This document shows, one piece after another, positions 50,669-63,036 of a stretch of 64,000 nt of DNA. Numbering within the stretch: the first letter of the stretch is position 1; each line of letters begins with the position of its first letter. The position numbers and the translations under genes were made by a program. The DNA is taken from assembly GCA_965203295.1 (NCBI GenBank), contig CBDBCZ010000016.1:1408001-1472000 (forward strand), written 5' to 3'. The notes under the pieces were generated by a model that had not been told where the DNA came from, searched no databases, and was given only the letters and a program-made list of their open reading frames with translations. The stretch is from Nitrospirales bacterium. GTDB lineage: Bacteria > Nitrospirota > Nitrospiria > Nitrospirales > UBA8639.

Positions 50669-51988
50669 GCAATGTTGTCATATAGAATTTCCTTTTTGAC
50701 TTTGGAGACTATTTTGCTGGTAGATCTTACAGCCATGAATACCAGTAATTTTACCACTTCCGGGTATGTGTATTGCTGTACATGATTGAGTGTGGCTGCC
50801 AGTTTTTTGTGGAGACAAGAATATTTTGACGTAGCCTATATCTGGTATAAAATATAAACTCTCCATTTTGTAGGAGCTGGCACAGGAAGTAAGGATCTGA
50901 GGTATTCCTGTAATTGAAATTATTAGGGTAAGCCACAAATATATTTAGTAGTATTTACATGGCTGCCAAATGTAGATTAAAGTAAACTTCCCTTCATGGT
51001 AGCTAACCCTGAAGTGCGGCTTTTGAAGGTAGTTAGTGATCTACATGCATCTATGGCTTCTAGGAGCGCATAATGACGTAAGAAAAAGGTAAGAGAGTAG
51101 GAGCGGGAAGCGCCCACGCGAAAGATTGAATTTCGGAAATTTACCCACGGTAGATCTGTTACTATTTTGGGCACGCACGTGCCTCGAGTCCATCAAAGAA
51201 ACAACGTTGTTTGCTGGACTAGACAGCTCTTGCACACATTACAACAGTGAATCTTACCATAGAATCGAGCGAATACGTTTGTGTAGCTGTTAGTGATCAT
51301 TTATCTGCCAACCGTTGTGCTACAGGCGGAGGTACGGACCTACAGACCAGCAAAACAACACCTACTCATCGGATTACTCTTACCAGGCTCTGAGATTTGA
51401 TTCTGAAGATGCTGTACTTAGTGAAGACAAGTTCAAAAGCGGCAGTTAATTGTCACCGTCACTGAGAGTTGCCTTGGTATTGACGCCACTGGCCAGCAAG
51501 CGCTTGACAGTGAAGAGTCGCATGCGGTTTTGTCGGGGTTGCTGAACGTTGTAGGGAGTAGTATCGCGTTACTAGACGGCTGTGACCTGTTTCAAGCTAT
51601 TCACAAGCTAACAGTCTAGAGCACGTGCGTGCCCAAAATCACATTCTTACAACAACTATATAGGCCTTGCCCAAATATGCCAGCATAATTTTGGGTAGAA
51701 AATAGCATCATGAATATTATGCCAGTATACATTGATGCTGTGGTTTTATGTGCCATTATGGTTGGTAGTATTGCTCATTCTCTTCAGGAAATCTGTCAAC
51801 CTTCGCTATGACTACCAGCATGCCAAGTTCTTCAGGGATCAGAGGTATTCCTGTTGTTGCAATTAATTAGGTCAGCCACAATATTAAGTAGTTGCATGGT
51901 AGACTAATGTAGTAAACCAAGATTAAGTGACCTATACTTCATGGTAGCTACATTTACCCCTTAAGGGTGGCTTTTAAGTAAAACAACT

Positions 51989-52198
51989 TACCGTATAGAG
52001 CCAAATTTTCGAGGCGCATAATTTTCGCGGTTTTGCGGATTGGCCTCCAACTGCGAAAATTAAGCTCGTGAAATGTTTCGTCGTATATATACGCGTGTAC
52101 ACAAAGCATCCTTGGTTCGCAAATTTTTTTTCCGCGAAATGTTCAGTATGACCAAACCACAAAAATTGTGTGCCTTGAAAAATTGCCGCCATACGGTA
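51989..52198. mobile_element. TA-flanked MITE (taccgtat...atacggta), Tc1/mariner-pogo-like
   Basis: Inverted termini. Absent from the paralogous segment near 51020. Confidence 0.65.
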
Positions 52199-52503
52199 TT
52201 TAACTACTGATCTACATGCATCTATGGCATGCTAGTAGCTATTCGAGACCAACTTAAAGTGAGCCTTGTGCTATACGTAATCCTGAGAAGCCAGTTGGTT
52301 ATGAAAAGACAATAACAAAAAACACTATAGCTGATACAAGAAAAAGGTTATACCTACAAAACATAATAGGGTAGAAACGTGTATTGCTGCCTTATGTATT
52401 GACATTGGTGAATAATGATGTTGACACAATGTACAGCTCAGCAAATTGTGTTAAAACATCCTACATGTGCATGTATAAAGGAGGCATGGGAGGTGGTCTG
52501 AAA

Positions 52504-53676
52504 CTACTGAACGTAGAGTTCAATTACTTCAAGAGGAGTATCTTCCCGGCTCCTTGTCACACCAGGTCGCAATATACGATTGCCTGTTCGGAAGGAAGCA
52601 CACAGTCTCACATCTATATTATCAGTGGTGGGTGCAATGTCTGTGCGGAAGTAGGGAGGTCTGTTGAACTGACAGCAAGTGTTACGTCGCCCGCAACCTC
52701 TACCGTCCCACAGTGGAGCTTCAAGGTGAAATCGGTCCTCGGGCACACCGGTGACCTGGCTTCCGGTATCGCAGAAGAAATTTCTCCCAATATATGGGGG
52801 TACTAGAGGTAATACATCTCCCGATGGTGTTTCTCCTTCCGTGCAGGGACAAGCTCTTCGTTTGTCCGCAAACTCGCTCTGTGCAGCTGCGAATGTCCAG
52901 ATATGGGTACGATGTCCACTCTGTCCATGGGTGATGCTAACTCCGTCGACATATTCCTCATCGATAGTGGCATTGGTCTCATCGTAGTAGATGAAACCAT
53001 CAGGTGCTTCACGCTGATACCCGATAACCTTACCACACACGCGAGAGTACTCCACACCTTGCACACTGTAGGGAACAGCATCACAGCCTGGCATCCTGCG
53101 GTTTTCAACTCGGGTGCACAGCCTCCTTGAGCTGTCGCCTGGTGGTGAAATTGTCACCAAAGGCTGGGGACAGGAGTTGCACTGGGTATTGTTCATGTTG
53201 AGATTGGCCACCCTCATCCACCCCCTGGAGCCACCACACGATCGGTCGTCATCATGGACCTCCAGATCACAGTAGACCAGCACAGCATCACGTACCGTAT
53301 TTCTTATCCAGTAGTTGCCAGAGGTTGCACAGGAGCAGCGGGCAGCCAGATCCTGGCAGGAAGCTGCAGGGTTCTGAGGTGTTCCGATACTGCAGCACAA
53401 AAGAATGTTTGCTTCAAAGCTATCGCATGCGCAGGTCCTGACATTGGCACGAGGAGGTGGGGTCACGGTAGGGTCTTCACAGCAGTTACACTGCTTGTCT
53501 TGTAGTGTCGTATTGATGTCGGTCAGCCGTCGTAGGATCTCTTGTGATGAACTGTCGATTACTTCTCTGCACGAATGGTCTTCTATTTCAACTGCATTGC
53601 ACCTGTACAGTTGTTGGCTACTGACTGTGGTGAGAATACCACAGATAGCTAGGATCAGAAGTGCCTTGTTGAACAT
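52504..53676 (-). CDS. Secreted Cys-rich protein with fibrinogen/intelectin-like domain start (copy 1, 390 aa, intronless)
   Basis: Signal peptide; PAASCQDL...SGNYWI...VYCDL...GWMRVA; YSRVCGKVIGYQ; VDGVSITHG; PLWDG.GC; ends IELYVQ. Confidence 0.85.
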   Translation of the reverse strand: MFNKALLILAICGILTTVSSQQLYRCNAVEIEDHSCREVIDSSSQEILRRLTDINTTLQDKQCNCCEDPTVTPPPRANVRTCACDSFEANILLCCSIGTPQNPAASCQDLAARCSCATSGNYWIRNTVRDAVLVYCDLEVHDDDRSCGGSRGWMRVANLNMNNTQCNSCPQPLVTISPPGDSSRRLCTRVENRRMPGCDAVPYSVQGVEYSRVCGKVIGYQREAPDGFIYYDETNATIDEEYVDGVSITHGQSGHRTHIWTFAAAQSEFADKRRACPCTEGETPSGDVLPLVPPYIGRNFFCDTGSQVTGVPEDRFHLEAPLWDGRGCGRRNTCCQFNRPPYFRTDIAPTTDNIDVRLCASFRTGNRILRPGVTRSREDTPLEVIELYVQ

Positions 53677-56059
53677 TCTCTTTTCCCAAGTGAGGAGTAG
53701 CTGATGGAGAATCGAAGGTGGTATATTTATCCACTTTGTTTAGGTAGCTGTGAGATTTGCTGCCTTGTGACAAAAAGACATTCATTTATATAGACTCAAA
53801 ATGAATCTGCACAAGTGGCAAGAGTCCACAGTGCAAAGAAAAGACTTCCAAATATGGCCTGGATAGTGTAATTGACACTTGTTTGGCTTGGTTGTGATGC
53901 TGTATGACTGAAGCAAGCTTCATAAAACATGATTGTGTGGGTTGAAAAATTCTTCTCAAATTAGGAAGTGTTGCCTAGTTACCAGTTATCATAGTGAGGT
54001 CAGTGACCTAGCTCATTTCCTGGCAACTAGTCAAGGCTAGTAAACATGTATGCATCTCCTGGGTGATTGTTTATGCACATTGTGTTTTCAAGCTCCTTCT
54101 GCAGTTGCTGGTGGCAAATATATGGAAATACTATTTGCGATTCATGGGTCAACACAGAGGCAGATGTAAATGTGATGAAGTACGACTAAAACAAGCTTAA
54201 AAGGCGTAAGCTAATCAAAACAACCTGATGAGGTAGGCACATCTCAAATTCTGCTACAAGTGGCTCGTGGAACAAAGTCTAGAATGTGGTTACCTAACAA
54301 ATTATTATATACCTGTTGCACAGCCTCAGGACACTGCACCATGAAGCAAAATAAGTGGCAATGCAGAGAGCATACCAGTTGGGGGGGGAGGGGTATCTAT
54401 ATGTATATGTATATGAAAACAGTAGTCTTCTGGAAGCCTTGACTATATAGTTGCCAGTCAGTATACATGTATAAGCGTGATTGTTTATACACCACCCCAA
54501 ATATGGTCTGGAGTCAACAGAAAGAATTATGGTGCCCATCAAAGCTGGTAACTAGGCAACTGATATAGGTATGGTTCCTAGGTAGCCACCTATGTCAAGG
54601 TCAGGGTGTCCTGACAGTCTCTAAACAGCTAAAATACCTGCCTGAGGGCACTAACCAGCTTTGACTATGGTTTCCAGCTTTCAATTTCTCGATATGAAAT
54701 ATAAGATTTTGATGAGGGGTCTAGTAACTCTATTCATATTGTGCAAACCACAGAGCAAATGCTACACACATAACCCACTTGTATTCATTCCTTGGCTTTG
54801 CCTCGGAATAACATTGTCACACAACCCGCAGTTGGGTGTTGGTCTGTCCTATATATTATGGTTACCTTATGCAGGAAACTACTCTTCATGGTACCTATGC
54901 CTGAAAAGTGGCTTTGATGAGCAATGAATGTACATGTATGGCTTCACATTCAGAAAAATTCTCGCAGAACTAAATTCTGAAGAACCTCAGAATGTGAAGC
55001 GATATATAGCTAACAATTAAGGTGTCACTTGCAATGAAGCTTACCTTCTCACCTTCTTTGCATGCAAGTGAATGACAGTCCTCTCCTTGTTTAATGTATA
55101 TTCGAAAAAAAAGGAAAGCAACATGCAGCTATAATTGTGTGATAATCTACAAGGGTTTCGGTATCTGTTTAATTATTGTATTCTTTGGAGGACGAAAATC
55201 TGTTGGTGAAATTAATGTTCACATGCAGTATTTTGTGGGACCAAACAACTCATTCTCTGCATGTGCATGCAAGTGGATGACAGCTCGCTCCTTGCTAAAC
55301 GGAAAATGGTGGAGTGACATGCATCTACAGTTTGTGTGATGGTAACTTTGCTGTTAGCAACATGCAGAAGGAGTTCCAAATATGGCCATAGAATGGTTTG
55401 GGTTCAAGTATCTCTGTAATTGACAATTGTGCCACTTGTTTGTCTTACTTGTGGGGGAATTAGACTTTGCCCCCTCTCTCCTGTTGCCTAGCTACCAGTT
55501 TTGGTACAGCATCATAGTGACCACACTTGGTGTGTTCTCAGTCAGTGACGTAGCTTATTGCCTGGCAACTAGTCAAGGCTAGTAAGAATGCAGGAGTATC
55601 CTGGGTGATTGCTTATCCATCTAGGGTGTTTAAGCTCCTGCATGTTGCTGGTGGCAAAAGATATACTCTAACCTTTATCACACAAACTGTAGCAGCATGT
55701 CAGGCTATTTGTCCGAATGTACATTTAGCAAGGAGAGGGCAGTCATATTTCTGCGTGTGGAAAATGATTATGTTTGGTCAAACCTCTTCTGGAAATGTAC
55801 AGTGCTCCAAACGAAAGTTAATGATTATTGTATTCTTTTGAGGGCAAACGTCAGTTGGTAAAATCTATGTTCACATCCATTACTTTGAAAAAAGCCACAC
55901 TTCATGCCCATGAAAAGTAGTTTCCTGCATTAGTTCACCTAAACTGAGGTGAAAGGAGATGGACCGATCACAAATCTGTCCTCAGAGTAAGACTGTTTAG
56001 CCACAGAACTCATGAGAATGGTAAGTGAGGAGATGAAAATGTACCATGCAAGAAACCCT

Positions 56060-56145
56060 TGCAATATCCCTTGGGAAGCTGGCAATATCCCTTGGGATAC
56101 TGGCAATATCCCTTGGGATGCTGGCAATATCCCTTGGGATGCTAG
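56060..56145. repeat. 21-bp tandem repeat gcaatatcccttgggatgctg x4
   Basis: Direct reading. Resembles the 4445 minisatellite unit. Confidence 0.88.
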
Positions 56146-57309
56146 TGGGCATCACAAATGTGGACAAGTTGTAGTGTATCTCACGGATGTCTCGTTTTGT
56201 GTAGCTACAAACATCCTGATTTTGGGTAGTGGCTAGGAACGAGCCTAGGGAAAAACTTCCATATAAGGTAATGAAACAATGTAATAGTTCAAGGGTCACT
56301 GTAATTGACAATTGGGGCACTTGTTTGGCTTGTATGTGACCTGTATGAGTGGGTAAGGTAGCTCATGCAATGTACAGGCAATGTGCTACCTAAGAAACCT
56401 TGTTGCCTAGTTACCAGTGTTGATGCAGCATCACAGTGACTCTGGACCATATTTGGTATTGCGTATAAACATTCAGTGATGTAGCATATTGCCTGGCAAC
56501 TAGTCAAGGCTACATGAGTCTCCATGGTGATTGTTTATTGACATTGACTAATTTTGAAGCGCTGTAGCTACATTTCCTGTTTTTTGGCTGTAGCTACATT
56601 TCCTGTTTTTTGGCTTACCTGTGACTCTGTATGACTATTGCAAGCTTCAAAGTCTTAGCCAAAAAACATGATAGTGTGGGTGGAAAACCCTACCATGGTT
56701 CTCAAATTACACCCTCAAAGTGTTGCCTAATTACCAGTTATGATACAGCATCACAGTGACAGTCAGTGACCTCCTGGCAATTAGTCTAGACATGTATGCA
56801 ACTCCTGGGTGATTGTTTGTACACATAGGGTGGTGAAACTCCTTCTGCATGTTGCTGACAGCAAAGATACCATTACACAAACTGTAGCTGCATGTCACTC
56901 CGCCATTTTCCACATGTACATTTAGCAGGGAGCTGATTGTCATCTACTTGCATGCACATGCAGAGAATGATCCCACCTTTTTCGGAAATGTACAGTGCTC
57001 CAATATTTCATTTTCTGCATACAAGTAAATGACAGCTCTTTCCTTGTTAAATGTATATTCGGACAAAAAACGAAGCGACATGCGGCTATAGTTTGTGCGA
57101 TAAACTATAAAGTTTCAGTATCTGTTTAATTATTGTATTCTTTTTATGACAAAAATCAGTTGGTGAAATTAATGTTCACATCCATTACTTTGTTGCTTCA
57201 TTGCAAGTGACACTTTGTTTGCTATTGCTTCACATCCTGAACTGATTTAGAATTTAATTTTGCACTGGATAGAATTTTTTTGTACTTGAAGCCGTACATA
57301 TGTAGAATG

Positions 57310-59142
57310 TCATGAGAGTATAGATAAAATAGTTAAGGAGCATTTACAATACATGAATAGTAACAATATTAAGATACCTGAAGAAATGATTCGATTGCCA
57401 ACATTTTATTGGCTTCCAAGATGCACAAAACACCAGTAGGCAGTAGATTTATAGCCGCCTCAAGTAGCTGTACCACAAAACCATTATCTAAATTACTGAC
57501 TACCTGCCTTATTATCCACCACTACAAAGAATATAATGAAGGGCTAACTAAAAAGTCGGCTGCCAATGGTTTTTGGATTGTCAATAATTCTACACAGGTA
57601 CTTAATAAATTGCGTAAACTGAATGACACTACTACAGCTAGTCACTTTGACAGTTTTGATTTTTCTACCTTGTATACTAATATCCCACACGACTTATTGA
57701 TTGATTGCTTGGATAACTTAGTTAAAGAGGCCTATCGGGTTAGGGGTGCTACATATATTTCAGTAGGTTACAAAACCTTCTGGTCCGATAAAACCTATAG
57801 AGGGCATACTAACATTACTGTAGATAAGCTTATAGAATACATACAATTTCTGATAAACAATATATACATTAAAGTTGGTAACAGAGTGTTTAAACAAACA
57901 ATCGGAATACCTATGGCTGCGGACTGTGCACCACTACTGGCTAACCTTTTCCTCTTTTTTAGGAGTATAAGTACGTTAAAGATAAACTTAAAACTAATCC
58001 TAGAGGAGCTAGGCTGCTCAGACATACTGTTAGATACATTGACGACTTGCTCACACTAAATAACCCCACCTTTGAACAGGAAATACCAAAATATTTACCC
58101 CCCACAACTGCAATTAAAGAAAACTACTGAAATTCCAGTAAAATTATCTTACTTGGATATCTGCATAGAAATAAAAGAAAGAAAATTTAAAACTTCGGTC
58201 TATGACAAAAGAGATGCCTTTAACTTTCATATACCGTAGAATCGAGAGTATAGCGACCCATCAATTACAGCAACCCCATATATAGAACAACCCGTCATCA
58301 TTTCACCGCCCACTTCCTGAATAGTATGACCTCTCCAGTACAACAACCTCATAATTAATTTTACCTATCACAATTGTTATTACTGCAGCAACTGTTCTAA
58401 ATATCCGTCTAAATTTCAAAATTCATTACTAACGTTTGCTAACCAGCGCTCAGCATGCAGCGTGTAGAGATCGAAAAACGTAGTTTGCAAGGCTGAAAAA
58501 CTCTTGCATGAAAGGCCATCATGTTTTCTAGAGTGAATCAAGACCTGGAGATACATTTTCCTGTGTTGGAGAACCTGGTAACCTCACAGTCCCGACGCAG
58601 TGATTGTGAAACTTAGCAAATTATAGCAGCCATTTCAGCCGTGTTCCCGACTTGCTCGCCCGTGTTTTGGCGCCTATGCTGCGAGATAGAACGCATGGAG
58701 GGAACTGATTGCTACGCTCAATGCTACTCGCTTTATATTACCCCATAAAAACATGAACCCTAGGAATATAACAACCCATTGGCTCTACTAATTCTGAATA
58801 GAACGACCGGTCGTTATACTCCCGATTCTACAGTAGTTAATTTTCCTTTCCTAGATAGTAATATCCCCACTAAGCCGGCATATGGAGTTTATATCTCCCA
58901 GTTAGTAAGAATAGGTAGAATATGTAGCCAATATGAAGATTTTAAGAATAGACACCACTTACTGGCTAATAGACTACTTAAACAGAGCTCTAAGTACGAC
59001 CAATTATGTTTATATTTCAAAACGTTTAGTAGTAAATATCTTTGCTAAATTTAAGGTGACCCTAGAACAACATATTAAAGATAGTATACCACTGCCTCTA
59101 GCTACCATGGGAAGACTTAATAGACTGGTTACAGTTAGGTAA
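57310..59142 (+). mobile_element. Decayed Penelope-like retroelement reverse transcriptase (5'-truncated, frameshifted, interrupted)
   Basis: KMHKTP..RFIAASSSCTTKPLS; SFDFSTLYTNIPH; QTIGIPM..DCAPLLANLFL; RYIDDLL after frameshift; SYLDI; VYDKRDAFNFHI|VNFPFLDSNIP..PAYGVYISQLVR. Confidence 0.85.
58234..58833. mobile_element. 600-bp non-autonomous Tc1/mariner-pogo-like element inserted in the RT, TA TSD
   Basis: TIRs ccgtagaatcgagagtatagcgacc / ggtcgttatactcccgattctacag. Removing it restores FNFHIVNFPF. Confidence 0.85.
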
Positions 59143-61851
59143 CTAGCTAAATGTTAGTGGGGTGCTCTAGATAGGAAGAGGAAATGATGTCACAGATTGT
59201 TTATATTTTGCAGGTGTCTGTAGTTTTTGAATTTCTAGGCAGTTTTAACATTTGTAGTCAGTTTTTAGTTAGTTTTTGCAAGAGGAGTTTCAAGAACTGG
59301 TTGGGGAGTATTTAACAAGGAGGAATGGTGTTGGGGTAAGATATAGAAGCTAGAGCCTAAAAGTGAGTTATATACAGCACCTTGTGGTTATGTAACAACA
59401 TGCTATATAGGAGTTGGGCCCCGGGAGGGCTGGGGGCTGCTTGGTTCAGGGCCGCTTGACAATTTTTAAAGTTTCATAAGCTTTTTAACCTTTTAACTTC
59501 TTGTAGGAGATTTCTCCGAAGGGTTTTTTTTAACAGAGGGAAGACCTATTTGGTCCCCTTTTTTAACCTTTTTAAGAAAACTTTTTAACTATTTTTCAAA
59601 TTTTTACTTTCTGCGGTCACGGGCTAGGTGGTCTCTGGTTTTTTCCGGGTCCCGGGTTCCCTTGGTTACGATCGGAGCTTTTTCTACTCTTTCTATTCTT
59701 TTCTCTATTTCTCTATTTCATGATTTCTATTTTTCTACTTTCCATTTGGATTTTATTATGCCTGATTTGCAATATGCTCAATTAGATAAGTCATGTGTTT
59801 AACTAGATTGTAATATAAGGGGCTGCAGTAGTGTAGATATAGTTTCGTGGGTTAGGATAGGTATAAGGACTGTTTTAGGTTTTAGGCCTCAAGCTAGTGA
59901 GTGCAATAATAATGATTAGGATACCCTTTCAGTTTTCATGTATATCCCATAGCCTTGTTTTACTTATTAAAGCTATATTAGGTACCATGAAGGGTAGTTT
60001 CCTGCATTAGGTATCCATAATATGTACAGGATAGACCTACACCCAACCGTAGGTTGTATGCCATTATTATTCCAAGATAATGCCAAGGAATAAATACAAG
60101 TGGGTTATATGTATAGCAATTAGACTGTGGTTTGCACAGTATGAATGAGGTGTTTAAAATATCTACTAAGCACTTCATCATAATTATATATTTCATACAG
60201 AGAAATTGAAAGCTGGAAACCATGGTCAAAGCTGCATGGCTAGTGCCCTCAGGCAGGTATTTTAGCCGTTTAGAGACTGTCAGGATGTCCTTGGTGGTTA
60301 TAGGTAGCATCATTCACGTCTCTAAAACGACTAGGATTGTCTGAGGGCCTAAGTTATACATGATATTAGAGTGGATTTGATCTCTTTGACCACATTATGT
60401 ATGTGTATATTCTACTGTGTAGTAGCATAGCAAATTTCTTCCATAAGATTTTTAGAAACGAGAATGACAGGTGTGGCTTTTACAGGGTCATGACTACATT
60501 AACAGCAGAGTTGGAGCGTATGATTTTGTACACATTATATGCAGCGGTCATCTTTTTCCTGCGCCATCCCTACATATGGACTCCAGGAGTACTACTCTAC
60601 TCCACTAGGGTGTATGCCTGAAGGTAGGCTAATGAGGGTTACATGTTGGCACCAGCAAGAGAGCAGCCATCATACATTTCAGGGACACTGCCAAGGCCAC
60701 TGGGTTTCTTACAAGGTGCTTTTTCATCTTCTCGCTTACCAAGTCTTCCATTTTTCAAATTCTCATGAGCTCTGTGCCTAAAACATCTGACTTTGAGGTC
60801 CATTTCTTTGTGCCTCATTTTAGGTTTCCAACATGCGAGAAAATAGATAGCTATACTGCAACATTTCAAATGAAGCCACCAGTTCACCATCGTGAGTGCT
60901 GCATTAATATCACTGATGCTGTAGCACCTCATGCAAGCAATATGCTGCTAGAAACCTTAACAACTTAACCTATCCTTGTTGCCTAGTTACCAGTGTTGAT
61001 GCAGCATCATAGTGACTCTTAGTGACTCTTGGTGTTGTAGTCAGTGGCGTGGCTTACTGCCTGGCAACTGGTCAAGGCTAGTAAACATGCATGCATCTCC
61101 TGGGTGATTGTTTATACACATAGGCTGTTCAAGTTCCTTCTGCAGTTGCCTCTGGCAAAAATACTGCCGCTTCCAGTACACAAAATGTTGTCCAGGAAAT
61201 CCAGCCATCATCGTGTCTTGAAATCTCGCAATGTACACAAAGCATGCGAAATTTATTTCCGCAAAAGGGTTAACTATGACAAAACCACAGAAATTGTGCG
61301 CCTTGAAAATTTGCCGCTATGCGGTATTTAGCTAGTGATCTACATGCATCTATGGCAATTTCAGCAACATGCAGAAGGAGCTTGGACACCCTATTTTTAC
61401 AAACAATCACCCAGGATACTCACACATGTTTACTTGTTGTTGGAGGAAAACAGTGAACTTAAGTAGTGATGGGTGGCTGAACCTGAGCATGCTAGTAGCT
61501 ATTCGAGACCAACTTAAAGTGAGCCTTGCGCTACACGTAATCCTGAGATGGCAGTTGGTTATGAAAGACAATAACCAAAAACAGTATAGCTGATACAAGA
61601 AAAAGGTTATACCTACAAAACATAACAGGGTAGAAACGTGTATTGCTGCCTTATGTATTACATTGGTGATAATGTTGCTACAATGTCAGTGAATAATGAT
61701 GTTGCTACAATGTCAGTGAATAATGATGTTGACACAATGTACAGCTCAGCAAATAGTGTCAAAACATCCTACATGTGCATGTATAAAGAAGGCATGGGAG
61801 AAGTGTTAAACAGTGCCATTAATCAGCAACCAATACAGAGGTAGGCTAAAG

Positions 61852-63036
61852 CTACTGAACGTAGAGTTCAATTACTTCAAGAGGAGTATCTTCCCGGCTC
61901 CTTGTCACACCAGGTCGCAATATACGATTGCCTGTTCGGAAGGAAGCACACAGTCTCACATCTATATTATCAGTGGTGGGTGCAATGTCTGTGCGGAAGT
62001 AGGGAGGTCTGTTGAACTGACAGCAAGTGTTACGTCGCCCGCAACCTCTACCGTCCCACAGTGGGGCTTCAAGGTGAAATCGGTCGTCGGGCACGCCGGT
62101 GGCCTGGCTTCCGGTATCGCAGAAGAAATTTCTCCCAATATATGGGGGTACTAGAGGTAGTACATCTCCCGATGGTGTTTCTCCTTCCGTGCAGGGACAA
62201 GCTCTTTGTTTGTCCGCAAACTCGCTCTGTGCTGCTGCAAATGTCCAGATATGGGTACGATGTCCACTCTGTCCGTGGGTGATGCTAACTCCGTCGACAT
62301 ATTCCTCATCGATAGTGGCATTGGTCTCATCGTAGTAGATGAATCCATCAGGTGCTTCACGTTGATACCCGATAACTTTACCACACACACGAGAGTACTC
62401 CACACCTTGCACACTGTAGGGAACAGCATCACAGCCTGGCATCCTGCGGTTTTCAACTCGGGTGCACAGCCTCCTTGAGCTGTCGCCTGGTGGTGAAATT
62501 GTCACCAAAGGCTGGGGACAGGAGTTGCACTGGGTATTGTTCATGTTGAGATTGGCCACCCTCATCCACCCCCTGGAGCCACCACACGATCGGTCGTCAG
62601 CATGGACCTCCAGATCACAGTAGACCAGCACAGCATCACGTACCGTATTTCTTATCCAGTAGTTGCCAGAGGTTGCACAGGAGCAGCGGGCAGCCAGATC
62701 CTGGCAGGAAGCTGCAGGGCTCTGAGGTGTTCCGATACTGCAGCACGAAAGAATGTTTGCTTCAAAGGTATCGCATGCAGCACAGGTCCCTGGATCAGCG
62801 ACATTGGCACGAGGAGGTGGGGTCACGGTAGGGTCTTCACAGCAGTTACACCGCTTGTCTTGTAGTGTCGTGTTGATGTCGGTAAGCCGTCGTAGGATCT
62901 CTTGTGTTGAATTGTCGACTCCTCTGCACGAATGCTCTTCCATATCAACTGCTTCACACCTGTACAGTTGTTGGCTACTGACTGTGGTGAAAAGAACACC
63001 ACAGATAGCTAGGATCAGAAGGGCCTGGTTGAACAT
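61852..63036 (-). CDS. Secreted fibrinogen/intelectin-like protein, copy 2 (394 aa)
   Basis: Near-identical paralog of 52504-53676; flanks duplicated (~52095 matches ~61230). Confidence 0.85.
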   Translation of the reverse strand: MFNQALLILAICGVLFTTVSSQQLYRCEAVDMEEHSCRGVDNSTQEILRRLTDINTTLQDKRCNCCEDPTVTPPPRANVADPGTCAACDTFEANILSCCSIGTPQSPAASCQDLAARCSCATSGNYWIRNTVRDAVLVYCDLEVHADDRSCGGSRGWMRVANLNMNNTQCNSCPQPLVTISPPGDSSRRLCTRVENRRMPGCDAVPYSVQGVEYSRVCGKVIGYQREAPDGFIYYDETNATIDEEYVDGVSITHGQSGHRTHIWTFAAAQSEFADKQRACPCTEGETPSGDVLPLVPPYIGRNFFCDTGSQATGVPDDRFHLEAPLWDGRGCGRRNTCCQFNRPPYFRTDIAPTTDNIDVRLCASFRTGNRILRPGVTRSREDTPLEVIELYVQ

